Assembly (NCBI GenBank): GCA_963826785.1
Contig: CAWGYD010000008.1
Coordinates: 256,001-320,000 of the forward strand
Length of the DNA: 64,000 nt
Source of the DNA: an uncultured delta proteobacterium
Lineage (GTDB): Bacteria; Desulfobacterota; Desulfobacteria; Desulfobacterales; Desulfosalsimonadaceae
Reading direction: 5' to 3'
Part shown: one piece after another, positions 52,633 to 63,034 of the stretch
Layout: the number at the start of each line of letters is the position of its first letter
Numbering within the stretch: the first letter of the stretch is position 1
Made by a program: the position numbers and the translations under genes
Notes under the pieces: generated by a model
Database searches by the model: none
Seen by the model: the letters and a program-made list of their open reading frames with translations, nothing else
Told to the model about the DNA's origin: nothing

Positions 52633-53213
52633 GTTTTCTTCCCCCCGGATTTAGCAAAGATGGCCCTGATGCTGCTCATTTTCTTCACCCGGGAAGGCAT
52701 CAGGTCGAGCTTGCGGTTCGAAAGCATGCGCAGTCCCAGGTTCATATCCGAAAACCAGTCTTTTTTGATCATTTTGTAGCGCAGCATGATTTCCAGTTTG
52801 TGCGTCCGGCCATGCCGGCGGATGGAGTTGACCACCTCCTGGTGGAACTTGAAGATGTCCGGCTGCCCGATGGCGGCTTTTTCCTCCAGGGCGATCGCCC
52901 GGATGGCATCCATGACTGCGGCCATATCGATGGCCTGGGGGCATTCAACGGAACAGGTATTGCACCCCACGCAGATCCATGCGGCCGAGCATTCAATCGC
53001 CTTTTTCTTCATCCCCAGCTGCACCAGCCGGAGCACCTGATTGGGCAGGTAATCCATGGAATCCGCAAACGGGCACCCATTGCTGCACCCCCTGCAATGC
53101 CAGCACAAACTGACGTTTTCGCCGGACCGGCGGGCCACATCCGCCAAAAAACCGGATTCCAGCTTGTCAAAATTGACGGTATCCTGCGACATTTTCCAGG
53201 CAGACTGCAGCAT
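52629..53213 (-). CDS. hdrC: Heterodisulfide reductase subunit C-like (2x[4Fe-4S])
   Basis: CWHCRGCSNGCP and CVGCNTCSVECP. Confidence 0.88.
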   Translation of the reverse strand: MLQSAWKMSQDTVNFDKLESGFLADVARRSGENVSLCWHCRGCSNGCPFADSMDYLPNQVLRLVQLGMKKKAIECSAAWICVGCNTCSVECPQAIDMAAVMDAIRAIALEEKAAIGQPDIFKFHQEVVNSIRRHGRTHKLEIMLRYKMIKKDWFSDMNLGLRMLSNRKLDLMPSRVKKMSSIRAIFAKSGGKKT

Positions 53214-53291
53214 CGCCTACTCCATGCGTAAACGTTATCGAAGACTTTTCTTTACAAAAATGAAACCATTAGATCAAGTGGATGCTTTCGA

Positions 53292-53612
53292 TCAGATCGG
53301 CGGGGCAATGGTCACCAGCACCCGCATATCGGTTTTTGCCCGGATGCCGTGGGGTTCGCTGATATCTGAGATCAACACGTCCCCGGGACCGGCCGGAAAA
53401 GTGGCCCCGTCCCCGCCCAGAAACTCGCCCGTCCCCTCGAGCACCGCGATGCTGGCCTGCCCTTCGATGTCATGCGAGTGAATCGGCAGTTCCTGGCCGG
53501 CCTTGAAATTGAAATTGATAATTTTAAAATAGGGGGAATCATGGACCAGGAAGTTGGTCATTTTCTTTTCCGAAAACCCGTTTTCCTCAAACATGGCAAT
53601 TTTTTTGATCAT
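53292..53612 (-). CDS. Cupin-domain protein
   Basis: GQELPIHSH...EPHG, with an AGGAGG RBS before MIKKI. Confidence 0.85.
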   Translation of the reverse strand: MIKKIAMFEENGFSEKKMTNFLVHDSPYFKIINFNFKAGQELPIHSHDIEGQASIAVLEGTGEFLGGDGATFPAGPGDVLISDISEPHGIRAKTDMRVLVTIAPPI

Positions 53613-53771
53613 TGGGGTACCTCCTGATTTCTTTGTCAGCCGGCCTTTTGTTCCAAGCCGGCATTCTAAAGTTAGATGAAGCTGCGGCACTCCGATGAAA
53701 GCCGGAGTCTATAGCCAGCTGCTGAGTTCATGTCCACTAGTTCATGATAGATTTCTGTTTTCGCCGGCCCG

Positions 53772-53827
53772 ACACCCCCCTTCGCCCCCCTCGAGGGGGG
53801 GAATAAAAAGGGGGGGTGCCCTTCGCG
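53772..53827. repeat. Family B repeat
   Basis: acacccccc ttcgcccccctcgagggggggaataaaaaggggggtgcccttcgcg, nearly identical to the head of the 42.4-kb array. Confidence 0.8.
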
Positions 53828-53908
53828 ACTAAAAAGTTCATTCAGTAAAAACAATGCATTGGGGTATGATGAATGCGTTTTCCGGGTTCATCAAGTTTAT
53901 TTCCTCCC

Positions 53909-54032
53909 CAGAAATGGTAGTTTTTGGCTCAGGCCAAAAGCGCCTCGATTCTGAAACCGGAGGCGCAGTCGTCTACGTCAAGGGTTTCAGAATCGCGAGA
54001 ACGCCGGCCTGGGCCAAAAGATGCCGTTTCTG
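53909..54032. repeat. Long imperfect hairpin directly after the hcp stop
   Basis: Nested arms CAGAAATGG/CCGTTTCTG, TTTTGGCTCAGGC/GCCTGGGCCAAAA and CGATTCTGAAACC/GGTTTCAGAATCG. Confidence 0.75.
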
Positions 54033-54037
54033 CGCCA

Positions 54038-55666
54038 TTACGCGCACAGGATGGCGTCCAGGTCCTCCTGCGGTGTGCTGATGGGCATGATATTGAATTT
54101 CTCCACCAGGATGTTGAGCACGTTGGGGGAGACAAACGCCGGCAGACTCGGCCCCAGGCGGATATCCTTGATCCCCAGGTAGAGCAGGGTCAGCAGGATG
54201 GCCACCGCCTTCTGCTCATACCAGGACAGCACCATGGAGAGCGGCAGATCGTTGACCCCCACGCCGAAGGCATCGGCCAGGGCTCCGGCGATCTTAATGG
54301 CCGAATAGGCATCGTTGCACTGCCCCACATCCAAAAGCCGCGGAATACCGCCGATATCCCCCAGCTTCTTATCGAAAAACCGGAACTTGCCGCAGGCCAG
54401 GGTCAGGACCACGCAGTCCTCGGGTACTTTTTCCACAAATTCCGTGTAATAGTTGCGGCCCGGCTTGGCGCCGTCGCATCCGGCCACCAGGAAGAAATGC
54501 CGGATGTCCTTGTTTTTCACCGCCGAAATCACCTTGTCGGCCACGCTCATCACCGCGTTTCGGGCAAATCCCACCGTCACGCTGCCCTTGTCCACATCTT
54601 CTTCGAATCCGGTCATGGAAAGCGCCCTTTCGATCACCGGGGTAAAATCCTTGTCCGCGATGTGGGTGACCCCGGGCCAGCCCACCAGGCCGGTGGTGAA
54701 GATGTTGCCCTTGTAGATTTCCTTCGGGTTCTGGATACAGTTGGTGGTCATGAGGATGGCGCCCGGGAATTCGGCGAACTCCCGTTTCTGATTCTGCCAG
54801 GCGCTGCCGTAATGCCCATAGAAGTGCGAATACTTTTTGAGTTCCGGGTACCCGTGGCAGGGGAGCATCTCACCGTGGGTGTACACATAGATCCCCTTGC
54901 CTTCGCTCTGCTTCAAAATGGCTTCCAGGTCGCCCAGGTCATGCCCGGATACCAGGATGGCCTTTCCCTTTTTGGCGCCCAGGGGGACCTGTGTCGGTAC
55001 GGGATGACCATAAGCGCCCGTGTTGGCCGCATCCAGCAATTCCATGGCCCGCAAGTTGATCTCGCCGCACTTGAGCACCAGGCCCAGCAGATCGTCTGCG
55101 GATTTGTCGTTGTCCAGGGTGGCGGCCAGCCCCTCGTAAATGAAATCAAAAACCTTGTTGTCGGTCTGACCCAGAATGGCGGCATGATCCGCATAAGCGG
55201 CAACGCCCTTGATGCCGTAGGTCAGGATTTCCCGCAGCGAGGTGATATCCTCATTGTCCGAAAAAGTCTTCACCCCGACCTTCTGCCCCTCGGCCACCAG
55301 TTCCCCGCGGCTCCGGGGAGGATCATAGATGGCCGGTCCGGCTGAAAAATCGGTCCACCCGCCGGCGGCATCCACCTTGCGCTTCAACGCTTCCCGCTTT
55401 TCAGCGGTTTTGTGTATCAGCGTCACAAAACGCTCCGGATCGAAATCCACATTGGTCAGCGTCGAAAACATCGCCTCGCACGTAAAGCGGTCAGTCCGTT
55501 CATCCCGCACATTGACCTTGGCCGCTTCAACGGCAATCTGGGAAAGCCCCTTTAGCATATAGACCAGAAGGTCCTGGAGTTCAGCCACTTCGGACTGTTT
55601 GCCGCATACGCCGATCTGGGTGCATCCTTCGCCTTTGGCCGTCTGTTCACATTGAAAACAAAACAT
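54038..55666 (-). CDS. hcp: Hybrid cluster protein (hydroxylamine/NO reductase)
   Basis: MFCFQCEQT...CGK, TLTNVDFD, SGHDL, THGEMLP, GCDG, GQCNDAYS and SWYEQKA. Confidence 0.98.
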   Translation of the reverse strand: MFCFQCEQTAKGEGCTQIGVCGKQSEVAELQDLLVYMLKGLSQIAVEAAKVNVRDERTDRFTCEAMFSTLTNVDFDPERFVTLIHKTAEKREALKRKVDAAGGWTDFSAGPAIYDPPRSRGELVAEGQKVGVKTFSDNEDITSLREILTYGIKGVAAYADHAAILGQTDNKVFDFIYEGLAATLDNDKSADDLLGLVLKCGEINLRAMELLDAANTGAYGHPVPTQVPLGAKKGKAILVSGHDLGDLEAILKQSEGKGIYVYTHGEMLPCHGYPELKKYSHFYGHYGSAWQNQKREFAEFPGAILMTTNCIQNPKEIYKGNIFTTGLVGWPGVTHIADKDFTPVIERALSMTGFEEDVDKGSVTVGFARNAVMSVADKVISAVKNKDIRHFFLVAGCDGAKPGRNYYTEFVEKVPEDCVVLTLACGKFRFFDKKLGDIGGIPRLLDVGQCNDAYSAIKIAGALADAFGVGVNDLPLSMVLSWYEQKAVAILLTLLYLGIKDIRLGPSLPAFVSPNVLNILVEKFNIMPISTPQEDLDAILCA

Positions 55667-55759
55667 CTTTTTGCCTCCTTTTTTAGGTTGGGGTTTGATC
55701 GTTTAAAAATTCTTTTCGTTGTTTTGATTTCCAAATTACCCCAAAACCGGAACGGCATC

Positions 55760-55775
55760 CTTGACTTAGGTCAAG
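55760..55775. promoter_or_regulatory. FNR/CRP-family (HcpR-like) box upstream of hcp
   Basis: CTTGAC-ttag-GTCAAG palindrome about 95 nt upstream of the hcp start. Confidence 0.75.
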
Positions 55776-56040
55776 CCGCACTGCTTTTTTTTAAATAATT
55801 TCTTTTGAGCGTAAATCTGTTGCTTCAAAAACACCGCACGGCGGGCACACAATGCGTTTTAAGCGTTCATTACCATTCAAGATATTAAGATCTTATTGGA
55901 TTTTTTCAAGGCCACCCGGATTTCCGGCAAAACAGAGCGAAATGAAGCGGTGGACACCAGAAGCGCGGCCCCTATGATTTCTCAAGGGACCGCTGAATTT
56001 TTCCGCGCATACAGGCAAGAAGGGGTAAATGGGAAAAACA

Positions 56041-56670
56041 TCATGTCCAGAAGCAATGCCGATCCGGCATCTGCGCGGCCATTTCGCCGGACAGACGGAC
56101 GATCTGCCGGTAGTCGGCAGGGGTGTCCATGTCATGGACCACGCCGGGATCCCGGGTCGTCAAGTAAAATACCCGGTTACGATGCCGGGCGATAATCCGG
56201 TTCAAGGAAACCCCCTGGGAAACGGGTTTGCAGATATCGACCGGAAACAGGGCGGGATGACCGTTTTTAAAATCAAAAGTGGGAATGATGATCTTGTCCG
56301 GAAAGCGATGATGCAGCTCGACCAGTTTCGCATATGTATCCGCGGTCACCAGGGGATGGTCGCACGGGCAGATGATCACCCCGGTTGCATAGCCGGGCAT
56401 GGCGGCAAGCCCGATGGCGGCAGAGCCGGCCATGTCGCTTTCAGCATCATCGTTTACCGCCATGCAGATCCGGTAGCCGGAAAGGGCTGCGGCCACCCGA
56501 AAGCGTTCATGGCCGAGCACCGCCACGATATCATCGATTCCCGCTTCCATCATATGGTCAATGCAGTATGCCGCCGCCGGCTTTCCCTGAACCGGGAGCA
56601 GCTGCTTAATTTCGTTCATCCGTGTTGATCTGCCTGCTGCCAGCAGCACGGCACCCACTGTCGTGGACAT
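56041..56670 (-). CDS. MocA/MobA-like nucleotidyltransferase
   Basis: LLAAGRSTRM...KQLL, DHP, GHPALF and DMDTPADY. Confidence 0.85.
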   Translation of the reverse strand: MSTTVGAVLLAAGRSTRMNEIKQLLPVQGKPAAAYCIDHMMEAGIDDIVAVLGHERFRVAAALSGYRICMAVNDDAESDMAGSAAIGLAAMPGYATGVIICPCDHPLVTADTYAKLVELHHRFPDKIIIPTFDFKNGHPALFPVDICKPVSQGVSLNRIIARHRNRVFYLTTRDPGVVHDMDTPADYRQIVRLSGEMAAQMPDRHCFWT

Positions 56671-57445
56671 GCTTCCTCCTTTTCTGAACCAGCTGAGCCG
56701 CAATGCTCAGCGCAATTTCGGTTGGTGTGACCGCTCCGATATCCAGCCCCACGGGTGTATGGACCCGCACAAGCTGATCTTCGGCAATGCCGTCGGCGAT
56801 CAGATTTTCAAAAAAACGGGCCTTTTTCTTCCGGCTTCCCAGCAGCCCGATATAGGGGGCCGGTGTTTTCAAGGCATTCAGGACCACCCCGTAATCGTGT
56901 TCGTGGCCCCGGGTGGCGCATACGATAAATGTATTCTCATCCACAGGAACCGACTTAAACAGGATATCAAAGGGAACGGTTATCACATCGGACGCCTCCG
57001 GCAGCCGTTCCTTGGCGGCATATTCCGCCCGGTCATCTGCCGCGGTCACGCAAAAGCCGCAAAAAGCGGCGGCGGTGCACAGGGCCTGGCCCACGTGCCC
57101 CGCACCGGCGATGATCAGCTTTGGCGGGGCCAGCACGGGTTCAACATAGATTGTCACCCGTCCGCCGCAGACATATCCGGATTCGGGGGTCAGGCGGATA
57201 GAGAACGTGGAAGCGGAGCCGCTGCTGATCGCGCGAAGGCTCTGGGCCATGACCGCCTGCTCGATGCGGCCGCCGCCCACGGTGCCCACGGGATCGCCCC
57301 TCCGGCGCACCAGCATCTTGGCCCCGACTCCCGCCGGAGTCGATCCCTGGGCCTCCACCACAATGGCCAGTGCGCAGGGCTCCCCATTTTTCCGGCAGGC
57401 CACCAGCGTTTCAAATACCTGTGCGTGCGAATTTTTCGGCTCCAT
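56606..57445 (-). CDS. XdhC/CoxI-family Moco chaperone
   Basis: GSTP..GAKM, GTVGGG, VCGG, GAGHVG, YIGLLGS and PVGLDIGA.TP.EIA. Confidence 0.9.
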   Translation of the reverse strand: MEPKNSHAQVFETLVACRKNGEPCALAIVVEAQGSTPAGVGAKMLVRRRGDPVGTVGGGRIEQAVMAQSLRAISSGSASTFSIRLTPESGYVCGGRVTIYVEPVLAPPKLIIAGAGHVGQALCTAAAFCGFCVTAADDRAEYAAKERLPEASDVITVPFDILFKSVPVDENTFIVCATRGHEHDYGVVLNALKTPAPYIGLLGSRKKKARFFENLIADGIAEDQLVRVHTPVGLDIGAVTPTEIALSIAAQLVQKRRKHVHDSGCRAAGSRQINTDERN

Positions 57446-57668
57446 GCAAACACATTCTCCGTCTCGATGAATTCTTCCCGGCTTCCTCAGAAGGTATTTA
57501 TTTCTAAAACGGCCCCCGTTGAATGTGTATACCTGATATCCTGTAAATCGGTGGGGGCGCTCCCCCATATTCAAACCGAAAACGGCCGTCGAACCGGAAA
57601 GGACGAAAAAAACCGCGAACCGGACACTTTCCGATTCGCGGTTTTTAAAAGAAATCTCGCGGGCGCCC

Positions 57669-59078
57669 CTATTCAGGCGGATGGTCCGCTTTTTCAAAAA
57701 TCGCCGGCGGCTTTTCGGTGGACCCGGTGGCATTCGGGTAATCCGGATACCGGTATGCCTTCTGGCCGCTGTTGATCAGTTCTTCGGAAGCATGCATGAA
57801 CCGGTTGTAGCGCTTCTTGCACTCGTAAAATCCATGCCACCACGCATAATCCGGCGCCATCATGGCCGTACCCATGCGCGCCCGCCGTCCTTCATGGTGC
57901 CAGAGTTCATAAAACTCCACCTCCAGATCCTCGTCGAAATAGCGGCTCTTGTCGAGCAGGCCCCGGGCATACAGATCGTCCAGGCGTTTTCTTGCCGGCT
58001 GATAATACACCGTATTGTATTCTTCGACGACGTTGTCGAGCTTGGTGTAATGGTCTTTCACCCACTTTTCACTGTGGCACTGCCGGCAGACGGCCTGCAT
58101 TTTGTCCCGTTCCACCGACCAGTTGGTCTTTGCGGGGAATGCCTTGAAATCGGCCGGGCGAACGGTCAGGGGCGCCTGGGTTTCCCAGGAGAGCCGCTCG
58201 GTCACATCATGGGTGGTGGAGACCGTCCCCGATCCGGACATGTGGCACACCGCACAGGTGGGACCCCGGAAATCCACCCCCGCCGACCAGGTGCCCGGGG
58301 CTGAGGTCCAGTTGTAGTTGTCGCCGAATGCCGTGTAGATATCGCCGTGCTTGGATTCCATGTAGATTTCGATCTGGGGATGGTCCGGTCCCAGGTGGCA
58401 CTGACCGCAGGCTTCCGGCTTGCGGGCCTCCATGATGGAAAACCGGTGGCGGGTATGGCAGCTGGAACACGATCCCTTGCTGCCGTCGAGATTGACCCGC
58501 CCCACCCCCACATTGGGCCAGGTATCGGAGGCGATTTCGCCGTCTTTCGTCTGAATGACCGACCCGTGGCAGTAATAGCACCCCGATTGGCGCTCCACCG
58601 CGCTGTTCATGCCGTCATTGAGCCAGGGATCGATCTTCCAGATGATCTCAAGGGTATTGGCATGCTTGCTCCTTTGAAACTGCGTCGCCTCATCGGGATG
58701 GCATCTGGAGCAGTCCTTGGGGGTGACCACCCCGGACACCGGCACCCGGTATTTTTCCACACCCCAGGGGGAATCGGATTTCCGGTACTGCTGATAGTGC
58801 GCTTTGCTCACATCCGGATCATGTTCCTCGGCCTGATGACAATCGATGCAGGTGATGTTGGCGGACGCATGCCGGCTGTTGGCCCAGTCCGCGTAGATCC
58901 CCGGATGGCTCTGCTTGTGGCACTGGATACAGGCGACCCCCGCCTCGGAAATGCTTCTTTCCAGCCGGAATTCTTTTGTTTTGGACATGTCCGAATTGTT
59001 TTCGGCGCAGATGCCGGAAACGGGCGTTTCAAGGCAAAAAGCGCCGGTCAGCAGAATCAGCAGCAACGATATTTTCAT
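57669..59078 (-). CDS. Octaheme cytochrome c, hydroxylamine-oxidoreductase family
   Basis: Signal peptide, 8 CxxCH motifs (CIQCH, CIDCH, CSRCH, CYYCH, CSSCH, CGQCH, CAVCH, CRQCH), HLGPDHPQ, ESKHG and APDYAWWHG. Confidence 0.9.
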   Translation of the reverse strand: MKISLLLILLTGAFCLETPVSGICAENNSDMSKTKEFRLERSISEAGVACIQCHKQSHPGIYADWANSRHASANITCIDCHQAEEHDPDVSKAHYQQYRKSDSPWGVEKYRVPVSGVVTPKDCSRCHPDEATQFQRSKHANTLEIIWKIDPWLNDGMNSAVERQSGCYYCHGSVIQTKDGEIASDTWPNVGVGRVNLDGSKGSCSSCHTRHRFSIMEARKPEACGQCHLGPDHPQIEIYMESKHGDIYTAFGDNYNWTSAPGTWSAGVDFRGPTCAVCHMSGSGTVSTTHDVTERLSWETQAPLTVRPADFKAFPAKTNWSVERDKMQAVCRQCHSEKWVKDHYTKLDNVVEEYNTVYYQPARKRLDDLYARGLLDKSRYFDEDLEVEFYELWHHEGRRARMGTAMMAPDYAWWHGFYECKKRYNRFMHASEELINSGQKAYRYPDYPNATGSTEKPPAIFEKADHPPE

Positions 59079-59095
59079 GCCGATCTTCCCTCCTT

Positions 59096-59629
59096 CTAAA
59101 ATGATTGATATTGCTTGTACCGGTAGATGGCGGTCGGGTTGTGCACCAGGTCCCGGTGGCAGTCCACGCACCTTTTTTCCTGTCCGGGCAGGGCATAGAC
59201 CACGGAGCGGTGGGCCAGCATGGCCCCCCGTTTGTCCGGGATATAAAGAATGTTCCGGTGGCATTTCCGGCACTGTTCGTTTTTGAATGACGCATAGGCT
59301 TTTTCACGATTTTCGGCGTGGTCGTATTCATCCATGGTGAAATGGGCGATGACGTCCTTTATGCCGTGCAGGGTCTTGGTATAGAAGAAATTCACGGTGT
59401 CATGCGGGGCGGGCAGGTGGCAGTCCATGCAGTCGGCCACAAATCCCTGGGCGTTGTTGACGTGGGTCGACGTCTTCCAGGTATTGTAGGCGAACTCGAT
59501 TTCATGGCAGGAGGAGCAGAATCCCGGGGTGGACGTACGGACCATGGTGTAATAGGTCATGGAAAACACCGGAAACCCGATCAATATGCCGATGATGATC
59601 AGAAGTGCGCTTCTGGTGAATCTGTTCAT
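59096..59629 (-). CDS. NapC/NirT-family tetraheme cytochrome c
   Basis: N-terminal TM helix, TSTPGFCSSCH and 4 CxxCH motifs. Confidence 0.92.
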   Translation of the reverse strand: MNRFTRSALLIIIGILIGFPVFSMTYYTMVRTSTPGFCSSCHEIEFAYNTWKTSTHVNNAQGFVADCMDCHLPAPHDTVNFFYTKTLHGIKDVIAHFTMDEYDHAENREKAYASFKNEQCRKCHRNILYIPDKRGAMLAHRSVVYALPGQEKRCVDCHRDLVHNPTAIYRYKQYQSF

Positions 59630-59871
59630 ATGCCTCCATCGGTTTTTAAGTCGTGGCCGAACGAAAACCCGGATATTTGTTCAAGATCGCAGATATTGGG
59701 CAAATAGACGGTTTTCGTTCAGCCACGAAAGTATCACCTGTTCATTATTATATCCAGGATCGAGATAGATGCAAATCGGCACCCGCTATGCGTCCGGTAA
59801 AGATCAGGCATCAGCCGGTATATTTTACATGGGACATTAAAAAGATTATGGTTTGGATAAAGCAGGCGGTC

Positions 59872-59887
59872 ATTGACCTATATCAAT
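59872..59887. promoter_or_regulatory. Second FNR/HcpR-like box
   Basis: ATTGAC-ctat-ATCAAT about 35 nt upstream of usp, in the divergent napC/usp intergenic region. Confidence 0.6.
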
Positions 59888-59921
59888 TTCATCGATTTTC
59901 AAGAACCGGCAAGGAGGCGGC

Positions 59922-60386
59922 ATGCAGATCCAGAAAATTTTATGGCCCACTGATTTTTCCGAAAATGCACAGAGAGCGCTGCCATACGTCACTTCCCTTT
60001 CCCAGGTGTATCAGGCGGAAATCCACATTCTTTATGTGCTCAAGGAGTACCTGGAATTCGGGGCCGCCTACGGGGATTACGACCCTTCGGATTATGACAA
60101 GATGAAGCAGTGGGAAAAAGATATGGCTGAAAAACGGCTGGACGAGATCTGCAGCCGGTTTCTGGACAGCTGCCCCCTTTACGTCCGGCATCTCGGGGTG
60201 GGGAATCCGGGCAAAGTGATCATAGAGACCATCGAAAATGAGCGGATCGACCTGGTGGTCATGGCCGGAAAAGGAACCGAAGACCACTTCCAGGTGGGCA
60301 GCGTGGTGGACCGGGTGATGCGGTGTGGGGCCGCCCCCCTGCTGGTCGTGCCGGTGCCGCCGGCCTGCGTATCCGCTGCATCATAA
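59922..60386 (+). CDS. Universal stress protein
   Basis: KILWPTDFS, DLVVMAG and GSVVDRV. Confidence 0.9.
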   Translation: MQIQKILWPTDFSENAQRALPYVTSLSQVYQAEIHILYVLKEYLEFGAAYGDYDPSDYDKMKQWEKDMAEKRLDEICSRFLDSCPLYVRHLGVGNPGKVIIETIENERIDLVVMAGKGTEDHFQVGSVVDRVMRCGAAPLLVVPVPPACVSAAS

Positions 60387-60404
60387 CCGGAAAGGATTTC
60401 AACC

Positions 60405-60953
60405 ATGCGCGCGACCCGAACACTCAATGAAGAACACAACATCATATTGAAAGCAGCGGAAATTTTCGAGCGGCTGCACCACCGCATCCAGAAAAACGGG
60501 GATCTGGACAGATCGGCGCTGACAAAACTCATCGAGTTTGACCGGGAGTTTTCCATCCGCTGCCACCACGAAAAGGAAGAACGGTATCTGTTTCCCAGGC
60601 TCAGGGAATACGGTGTTCCGGATCATCAGGGGCTCATCAGTGAACTGCTGCTGGAACATGAACAGTTCCGGCAGATGATGATCGACCTTTCGGTCATCAT
60701 CAAAACGGAAAAGCCCCTCCCCCCTTCCGCGCTGGATGAGGCGGACCGCCTGATCGGTTCTTTTGTCAGCCTCATTCGTGAGCACATCGACGAAGAAGAC
60801 CACATCCTCTTTCCGGCAGCCGACCAGATCCTCATCCCGGCCCACCAGGATTTCCTGTCCGAAGCATTTGAGCGCTTCGAAATCGAAGAGACCGGCGCAG
60901 GCGTTCACGAAAAATATCACGGGATGATCAAAGAACTGGATGCATCGGTATAA
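60405..60953 (+). CDS. Hemerythrin/HHE-domain protein
   Basis: EEH, HHEKEE..LFP, LLEH and HIDEED..LFP. Confidence 0.88.
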   Translation: MRATRTLNEEHNIILKAAEIFERLHHRIQKNGDLDRSALTKLIEFDREFSIRCHHEKEERYLFPRLREYGVPDHQGLISELLLEHEQFRQMMIDLSVIIKTEKPLPPSALDEADRLIGSFVSLIREHIDEEDHILFPAADQILIPAHQDFLSEAFERFEIEETGAGVHEKYHGMIKELDASV

Positions 60954-61030
60954 GAAAAATCGGGGAGGGAGAATTCGTAAAAAAAAATCTGCTTATCCAT
61001 GAAACTCCAGCAGCGTTTTTGGCTATTATT

Positions 61031-61131
61031 TTCTCCTCCCTTTCCTCAAAAGGGGGGCCGGGGGGGATTTAATTTCGGCGCGTCAACATCTCTTGAAATC
61101 CCCCTAAATCCCCCTTTTAAAAGGGGGACTT
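61031..61131. repeat. REP-like repeat, family C doublet
   Basis: ctccctttcctcaaaagggggg...aaatccccctaaatcccccttttaaaagggggacttt. The spacer resembles that of the 51.6-kb copy. Confidence 0.78.
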
Positions 61132-61204
61132 TTGTGCCCCGATTTCAAAGAGAATATAATTACCAATTTACTGGAGTTAACAGACATGAACCTGACGATT
61201 TAAC

Positions 61205-63034
61205 TTAAGCGGCACCACGCTTTTCAGATACTTTGCGGTCCGAGATGGAAAGGACCTTTTTGCGCAGGCGGATGACTTTTGGCGTGATTTCGACCCATTC
61301 GTCATCCCGGATGAACTGGATGGCCTTTTCCAGGGTCAGGGGGAATATCGGGGTCAGGGTGACCGCATCATCCTTTCCCGAAGCCCGGACGTTGGTCAAT
61401 TTCTTGGTCTTGCAGGGATTGACGTTCAGGTCGGTCTCCCGGTTGTGCTCGCCCACGATCATGCCCTCGTAGACCTGGTCCCCCGGCAGCACAAACAGCC
61501 GGCCCCGGGGTTCCAGGTTGAACAGGGCATAGGCCACCGCGTTTCCCTGGCGGTCCGAAACCAGGCTTCCCGTGTACCGGTGGGGGAAATCCCCCCGGTA
61601 TGTCTCATACCCGGCATAGGAGGAGTTCATGATCCCGGTGCCCCGGGTGTCGGTGAGAAATTCGTCCCGAAACCCGATCAGCGCCCGGGAGGGCGCTGAG
61701 AACTCCAGCCGGACCCGGCCGTTGTTCTTGTGCGACATGTGGGTCAGATGCGCCTTGCGGCGCAGCAGCTTTTCCGTGACGATCCCCTGGAAGGTTTCAT
61801 CACAGTTGATCAGCAGGTTTTCGATGGGTTCGCATTTTTCACCGTTGATGTTCCGGAAGATCACCTGGGGCCGGCCCACGCACAGTTCGAATCCCTCCCG
61901 GCGCATCTGCTCGATGAGAATGGCCATCTGGAACTCGCCGCGGCCCTTGACCACGAAACTTTCCTTGTCGTCGGATTCCTCCACCTGGATGGAGACATTG
62001 GTGAGGCTTTCCTTGACCAGGCGCTCGCTGATCTTGCTGGACTGGACGAATTTGCCGTCCTTTCCGGAAAACGGACCGGTGTTTTTGGCAAATTCCATGA
62101 ATACGGTGGGCTGATCCACGCTGATCCGGGGAAGCGCCTTGGGGGTTTCCCGGGTGCAGATGGTATCTCCAATGTGGACGTCCTCGATGCCCGACAGAAC
62201 GATGATTTCCCCGGCCGAGACCTCTTCGGCTTCGGCCAGTTCGATTCCCCGGTAAATTTGGAGTTTGGAGATTTTAAGCGGCACCTGGGCGCCGTCTTCG
62301 TGGATGCAGATCAGATCCTTGCGGGAAGCCACCGACCCGTTGACCACCTTGCCGATGGCCAGACGGCCCAGGTAATCCGAATAGCTCAAGTCCGACACCA
62401 GCATCTGGAAGGGTTCGCCCGGGGTGGATTTCGGCGAAGGGATTTCTTTTGCGATCATGTCCAGCAGCAGGTGCAGGTTCTCCGCATGATCCCCCGGTTC
62501 TTTCATGGCCAGCCCTTTTCGCCCCACGGCATAGAGGAGCGGGAAATCGAGCTGCGCGTCGGAGGCGTCCAGATCGATGAGCAGGCTGTAGACGTCGTCC
62601 AGCACTTCTGCGGGGCGGGCATCGTCCCGGTCGATCTTGTTGATCACCACGATCAGCTTCAGGCCGGCGCGCAGGGCCTTGTCCAGCACGAACCGGGTCT
62701 GGGGCAGCGGGCCTTCGGAGGCATCCACCAGCAGGATGGCGCCGTCGGCCATGGAAAGGGCACGTTCCACCTCGCCACCGAAATCGGCGTGGCCCGGCGT
62801 ATCGATGATGTTGATTTTTACATCATTCCACACAATGGCGCAGTTTTTGGCGGCGATGGTAATCCCCCGCTCCCGCTCCAGGTCCATCCGGTCCATGAGG
62901 CGTTCGGCCACTTCCTGACCCTGCCTGAACACTCCGCTCTGGCGGAACATGGCATCCACCAGGGTCGTCTTTCCATGGTCGACGTGGGCGATGATGGCGA
63001 TATTTCGAATCGATTGGTTTTTTGGCGTATTCAT
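61205..63034 (-). CDS. typA: Translational GTPase TypA/BipA
   Basis: [28 protein letters not shown] and VYEGMIVG. Confidence 0.97.
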   Translation of the reverse strand: MNTPKNQSIRNIAIIAHVDHGKTTLVDAMFRQSGVFRQGQEVAERLMDRMDLERERGITIAAKNCAIVWNDVKINIIDTPGHADFGGEVERALSMADGAILLVDASEGPLPQTRFVLDKALRAGLKLIVVINKIDRDDARPAEVLDDVYSLLIDLDASDAQLDFPLLYAVGRKGLAMKEPGDHAENLHLLLDMIAKEIPSPKSTPGEPFQMLVSDLSYSDYLGRLAIGKVVNGSVASRKDLICIHEDGAQVPLKISKLQIYRGIELAEAEEVSAGEIIVLSGIEDVHIGDTICTRETPKALPRISVDQPTVFMEFAKNTGPFSGKDGKFVQSSKISERLVKESLTNVSIQVEESDDKESFVVKGRGEFQMAILIEQMRREGFELCVGRPQVIFRNINGEKCEPIENLLINCDETFQGIVTEKLLRRKAHLTHMSHKNNGRVRLEFSAPSRALIGFRDEFLTDTRGTGIMNSSYAGYETYRGDFPHRYTGSLVSDRQGNAVAYALFNLEPRGRLFVLPGDQVYEGMIVGEHNRETDLNVNPCKTKKLTNVRASGKDDAVTLTPIFPLTLEKAIQFIRDDEWVEITPKVIRLRKKVLSISDRKVSEKRGAA

